Of a stretch of 28,148 nucleotides of DNA, positions 22,301-28,148 are shown one piece after another. Every line of letters begins with the position of its first letter. Position 1 is the first letter of the stretch. The notes beneath the pieces are model-generated. The model was not told the DNA's origin. It saw only the letters and a program-made list of their open reading frames with translations, and ran no database searches. Origin of the DNA: Callorhinchus milii (taxonomy: Eukaryota); the NCBI RefSeq assembly GCF_018977255.1, contig NW_024704985.1, positions 62,001-90,148 of the forward strand. The letters run 5' to 3'. The position numbers and the translations under genes were made by a program.

Positions 22301-22569
22301 CTTGTTTTGACATCGTACCTTCTCTCGTTTTTGAAACATTCAAAGCGCTTCACAGAATATATTGTAAAGTGAATTGACTGTAAAGTTTGAGGCAGCCGAA
22401 ATTTAAACTCTATTCAAGATTTAAGGATATTAGGCAAGTCCATTATTTATTGAACTCACTTAAATGCACACTTTAACATCAGAGAAAATTCCCCTTGATT
22501 TCCCAGCGATGTTTTTGTGCATAAATCACTCATGGGGAAACCGGTCAATGTGATCGCTTTTTTCACGAC

Positions 22570-22715
22570 TGTTTCTGGGAAGCTGATGTACACAATTGGC
22601 TGCCATGTTTCGTCCACAAATATAGTCAGTTCACTTTACAGTATATTCTGGGAAGTCCATTGAGACGTCTCGAAGACGTGAAAAGCGCGATATCAAATGC
22701 AATGATTATTTTTAT
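22570..22715 (+). mobile_element. SINE 3' portion
   Basis: caattggctgcc...cagttcactttacag...gacgtgaaaagcgcgatatcaaatgcaa. Confidence 0.8.
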
Positions 22716-23190
22716 AACATAACATAACATGTATGAGCAGGAGTAGGCCATTCGGCACTTCGATCCTGCTACGCCATTCAATCATGGCTGATTTTCTTAT
22801 CTATCTCCAGCTAATAACGTGACGCTGCCTTTTCCCAATTTCCCTTAAACCCTTTCGCAATAAGAAACATATCTACCTCAGTCTTGAATATGCTCAAGAA
22901 CTGAGCGTCAAAACACTGTGGGGTAGTAAGTTCCATACATTCACCACCCTTTGAGTGAAGAATTTCTTCCGCAACTCAGTGCGAAAGCGCTGGCCTCTGA
23001 CTTGAAGGTTGTGACCCTGGTTTTTGGTTTCTCCAACCAGGGGAAACAATCTCCCACTATCTACTCTGTCATGCCCTTTGATGATCTTATAGTTTTCTAT
23101 AAGATCCCCTCTAATTCTTCAATATTCTGGAGAATATAGGACCAAATTGGTCAGCCAATCTTCGTAACTCGTCCCCTTCTCCGCTGCATA
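22716..23190 (-). mobile_element. CR1 LINE 3' end
   Basis: aacataacat...gagcaggagtaggccattcggc..ttcga.cctgct.cgccattcaatcatggctgat and ttccatacattcaccaccctttgagtgaagaatttcttc (reverse of FTQRVVNVWN). Confidence 0.85.
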
Positions 23191-23207
23191 TCCCTCCAAA
23201 AGAAAAA

Positions 23208-23388
23208 AAAATTGGTCATTTGTAATCCACGACTGTTTGTGTGAAACTGCTGTGCGAAATTGGCTGCCGCGTTCGCCCACAAACATTCAGTCAATTCACT
23301 TTGCAGTGTGTTCTGTGAAGCGCTTTGGGACGTCATCCCGACGTGAAGAGCGCTGTATCAAATGCAAGGATTATTATTATTATTATTC
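23208..23388 (+). mobile_element. SINE 3' portion with (ATT)n tail
   Basis: aattggctgccgcgttcgcccacaaa...gaagcgctttgggacgtcatcccgacgtgaagagcgctgtatcaaatgcaagg(att)n. Confidence 0.88.
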
Positions 23389-23669
23389 TGTGATGCGTTT
23401 TATAACGTAGAGAAAACGAGAAAAGCGCTATTGTTATATTATTATTGTACTATTGTTATATCAATGCCTAGCAGAAATCTATCTATTTTTGTCGTGAAAT
23501 AAATTACACTCTCTACTTCGTGTTCAGTACAGAATAAAACAGTTTGCCATATTCTACATTATCAATTCTTTGAGAATCTTCAAGATAAAACCCTGTCTGC
23601 TGCTTCTATTTGTGCCTTTCTTTGTCTCTTTTCCTCTGTGTTTCTGTGTACCTGTGTCACATCAACATG

Positions 23670-24330
23670 TGTCAGACACAAACACGCTAACAGAGAGCAA
23701 CACACGTTAGCGCATATAGACACAAGTACAGAGACAAACACAGAAACACACACAGACATTGACACTAATTCAGAAAGAGATAGACACATACAGACATATA
23801 CACACACACAAATAGAGACACAATGATACACACTCGCAGTGTCAGAGAGAGAGACACAGAGAGGTGCACACCCACAGACTCACAGACAAACAGACACACG
23901 GTGAGACACACGCAGGCACAGATAGAGACATAACACGTTGCAGTGATTGGAAACGCGTCACAAGTCACCAGGCAGATGGCAGTTCTGAAGGTTAGAAAGA
24001 GAAACGCAGACCTTTTTTNCAGGTAATACCTGACACATAATACACATACAGACACAATGACAACCACAGACATGGAGAGGAATGTACAGTGACACACACA
24101 AGACGACAAAGACGAAAATGAAACGGAAAGAGCGAGAGAAACAGAGAGACAAACGTAGAAACGGAGGGCACACACACATACACACACACACTGACAAACA
24201 TACACACACTCATACAATGTCATGCTCACACAGAGATAAAGTGTGAGCAAGAGATGCAAAAAGGTAAACGACAGCAGACAGAGGGAAACAGAGTGACACA
24301 GATTCAGAGACACGAACACAAAGAATAAAA
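23670..24330. repeat. Degenerate CA/GA low-complexity region
   Basis: Interspersed acacac and agagag tracts. Confidence 0.75.
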
Positions 24331-24682
24331 TCATAATAATAATGCTTCCATTTGATTAAGTAGCTTCACAGTAAATTTTTNGTTCCCAGCAACCCCAGCC
24401 AATTGTGCACAGCAGTAACCCACAAATAGACATCGATTAATTGACCAAATTATTATTTTAACATAATTGTTTTAAAAAGGACTATTACCCATACAAAGAA
24501 ATAAAAAGATACGGAGTAGACAACAATAAGCGAGAGCCACACTAAGTGACAGAAGGACACGCATACACAGTCACAGCAGACACAGAGACAGACAAACATA
24601 TCGATTCTCCCCCAAATCACATACACAGATAGACACACACAACTACACCCAGCCCCCACATAAACACACACACATATAGGCA

Positions 24683-27600
24683 CATAAGAACCGAAGTAGG
24701 CAACTCCACCCATCGAGCCTGTTCCGCCACTTAATTAGATCATGACTGATCTATATCTTTAATAGATTTTCAAATCTAATTTACCGCTTTCTCCCCGTAT
24801 CCTAATACCCCGACATACCAAAAATCTGTCAACATCTTTCTTGAAGTTGTGGATGGATCCATCATCCACGACCTTTTTGGGGAGAGAGTTCCAGATTTTT
24901 GCCACCCTTTGAGTGAAAACATGCTTTTTAATTTCACTCTTAAATGGTCTGTTTCTAATTTTAAGACTATATCCCCTTGTTTTGCATTTCCCCAACATAG
25001 GAAATCGCTTTTCTGTATCTATCCTATCAGATCACTTTATCAGCCTGAAAACCTCTATGAAATCACCACTCAATCTTCTAAACTCGAGAGAATACAATCC
25101 AAGTTGACGCAACCTTTCCTCGTAACTAAACCTTTTGGGCCTGGAAGCATTCTGGTGAACCTGTGCTACATTCCCTCCAAGACCAATATATTTCTCCATT
25201 GGTGTGTTGCCCACAATTGATAGGGTCTGACTAACGCTGCATACAGCTGAAGCATCATTTCTTCCCCGTTGTATTCCAGGCCTCTCGAGATAAAGGATAA
25301 CATACCTTTTGCTTTTTTCATTAGTTTTTGTACTTGGTTTTAGAGATTTGTGGATATAGAGACCCAAATCTTTTTGCTCTTCCACAGCTCTTAATTTCTC
25401 CCCGTTAAGCAAGTAATCTGCGCGTAACGTATGATCTCCAACTTCTTTACATTGAACTCCATCTGCCATAGCTTTGCCCACTCACTTTGTCTGTCTAAGT
25501 CAGTCTGTAACTTCATATTCCCACCTCCACTACTTGCTGAGCCTCCTATCTTAGTGTCATCCCCAAACTTGGATACAAAACTTTCTATTTCTTTATTCAA
25601 GTCATTTATATTTGTGCAAAAAGCTGTGGTACCAGAACATATCCCTTGGGGACACCACGTGTCACGTCCCCGCAATCAGAGAACGTTCCCTTATCCTTAG
25701 TTTTCTGCCTCCCAACCAATTGCGAAACCACATCACAAGGTTACCTCCGATTCCGGACGCTTCGACTTTTTCTAATAATCTTTTGTGTGGAACCTTAAAA
25801 AATGGCTTCTGAACCTCCTTGTAAACGATATCCATCGACACTCTCTTATCGACTACTTTAGTGACTTACTCATAAAATTCAACTAAATTAGGTCGGCACG
25901 ACCTACCCTTGACAAAACCATGCTGACTCACTTTGATAAGCTCATAGCTCTCCAACTATTGAGTCACTGTGTCCCTGATGAAGGATTCCAGTAATTTCCT
26001 TACAACTGACGTTAAACTGACAGATTTGTAATTGCCTGGTTTCTGCCTCCTTCCCTTCTTAAATAAAGGTGTAACCAATGCATCCAAGTTCCTCTCCTAT
26101 TTCCTTTAATACCGAGGTGTTGAAACTGTTAGTTTCTAGAAATTTGCCCATTTTGAGACTGACTATTTTCTCCCTAACTTTTCTATTGATAGTTAGTTTA
26201 ATAACTAATTATTTTTTGTCTATTTCCATGTTCCTTTGTATGCGTGGTATTTCGTCTTCATCTTCTACTGTAAAAACTGTAGCAAATTACTTATTTATCT
26301 AGTCAGCCATATCTTTATTTTCCATTATAGTCTCACCTCTAAATGTATTTAATGGACCCACATTCGCCTTTACCATTCTCTTTTTCATGATATATTTATA
26401 AAAGCTCTGACTGTTGGTTTTGATGTCCCTCGCAAGGTTTTTATTCATACTCCCTTTTTGCTACTTTTATTACCTTCTCCATCACGCTTTGTTGCCTTTT
26501 GAATTTCTCCCATGCCTCTGCATTCCACTATCTTTTGCATTTTACTAAGCGTCTTCGTTTAGCTTGAGGGAATTTTTAACCAATTTTGTCCACCATGGTT
26601 GTTTAACTGCATGATTGGAGCCTTTGTATTTTAGAGGTATATAGTTGTTCTGCACAGTATCAAGAACTTTTTTTTGAATGCTTCCCATTGCTCATCTGCA
26701 GATTTGCCCACTATAATAATAATAATAATAACCCTTGCATTTGATATAGCGCTTTTCACGTCTGGAGGACGTCCCAAAGCGCTTCACAGAAAACACTGTA
26801 AAGTGAATTGACTGTATATTTATGGGCGAACGCGGCAGCCAATTGCGCACAGCAGTGTCCCACAAACAGTCGTAGATTGAAAATGACCAATTTATTATTA
26901 TTTTGGTTTTGGAGGGATTATTATTAGGCGTGTGGAGTAAGGAAACTTGCCCAAGGTTTCGTCCTGTGCCTGGAATTGAACTCATGTCTCTCGCTTGCAA
27001 AGCGAGTGCTCTAACCACTGAGCTACAGGACTCCACTAGCATTTCAGCCCAGTTTTCTGTGGTCAATACTTCCCCATCCCATTTAATTGTGCCTTGCTTA
27101 AATTTAGCAGCTTGATTTGGGACTCGCCATTCTCACTCTCGAATATCATGTCAAATTCAATCATACTATGATCGCTATTTTCAAGGTGTTCCCTTACTCT
27201 CGCATTATTGACTAAATCTGGCTCTTTGCTCATCATCAAATCTAGTATGGCCTGTTGTCTTGTTGGTTTCAACAGGTATTGCTCCAAAATGCAGTCCTGC
27301 GGACATTCAAGAAATCCGTTATCTTTATTACGTCAGGTATTCTGCTTCTATCCAGTCTATATGAAAGTTAAAATCTCCCCTTACCACGTTAATTTTGCAA
27401 CATGCTTCACTGATCTCCGTATTTGTATATTTTCCCATAAATCACAACTCTCTGGAGGGCTGTGGACAACTCCTCAAAGAATCTTCCTTCCTTTGCAGGT
27501 CACTATTTCTACTAAAAGTGCTTTGAATACCTGGTTGGCCTTATTGGATTCTCTCATTTCCACTGTTGTAACAGTCTCTTCAAACAATATTGTTTATCTT

Positions 27601-28148
27601 CCTCCTTTCCTTATGTTCCTATCTTTTCTAAAGATTTTACAGCCTGGAATATTTAGCTCCGAATACTGCCCAGATTGCAACCAACTGTCTGCAACTGCTA
27701 TTACATCATACCCTTTAAGCTGAATTTGTGCTTTCAGCTCACGTGTTTGATTTCGTATGCTACGTGCATTTGTCTGTATAATTCTTATTTGTGTAACTTT
27801 CACCAACTTGCCTACATGCTCTGATAATATTTTAATGTCACACTTTGATTTGCTACACCTTGGGTACTAAATTCCTATGACCTTTATTTTCCTATCGTGT
27901 TTATGTTATCTTGATCGTTACTTTTGTCCTCTACTTGCCCAATATTGTTGTTATTTTTAACATCCAAACACCCTTCCTCTTTACTATTTTAAAGCCTTTT
28001 CAAACGACCTCCATCTACCTTCCTAACTCACCATTTTGCCAGGACATTTGTCCCAACTTGGTTTACGTAAAACACATCACCGCAGAAAAGCTCCTGCTTC
28101 ACCCAAAACTGATGCCAGTGGCCCATCATTTGAAACTCCCGCACCACG
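24683..28148 (-). mobile_element. Long CR1 LINE, decayed: ORF1 esterase-like C-terminus, ORF2 endonuclease and RT, 3'UTR; runs off the window
   Basis: Minus-strand peptides GHWHQFWVKQELF..D...NQVGTNVLA (ORF1, ~28040-28140), QTNARSIRN..YDVIAVADSWL, PTRQQAILDL..LENSDHSMIEF (endonuclease), PQG..INDL..SKFGDDTKIGG..WQMEFN (RT) and FTQRVAKIWNSLP. 3'UTR at 24683-24760. Frameshifts and stops are present. Confidence 0.93.
26714..27034 (-). mobile_element. Young full-length tRNA-derived SINE nested in CR1 ORF2
   Basis: Near-identical to 2563-2888 and flanked by the direct repeat ccacta (26708-26713 and 27033-27038). Removing it restores the local CR1 frame ENWAEMLVGKSADEQWEAFK. Confidence 0.95.

Noticed and set aside
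23972..24022. Further plus-strand exon ending CAG|GTAATA
   Set aside because: The acceptor lacks a pyrimidine tract, and the region is low-complexity with an ambiguous base.

Overview
Eukaryotic, repeat-rich vertebrate DNA. It is probably from a cartilaginous fish, possibly a chimaera; this is inferred from the GPCR subfamily and the CR1/L2/DeuSINE-type repeats. Most ORFs in the supplied track are repeat or low-complexity artefacts. Gene-derived content: (1) a two-exon class A GPCR pseudogene of the chondrichthyan-expanded GPR139/142-like group (12980-15223, +) with two in-frame TAA stops; (2) a minus-strand terminal exon (17673-18041) encoding a gap-free 76-aa ubiquitin-like domain ending in a free CLGG-stop, with FAT10/UBD-like features, which is the most interesting element; (3) two tentative small plus-strand exons (21581-21915) that may encode a signal peptide. 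Notable structures: an L2 insertion carrying a ~100-bp inverted copy of the neighbouring putative exon and splice donor; two young tRNA-Ala-headed SINEs flanked by the same TAGTG direct repeat; a long CR1 LINE at the right end; a 24-bp minisatellite; and a compound microsatellite. All homology calls are by eye against remembered sequences; no database search was run.
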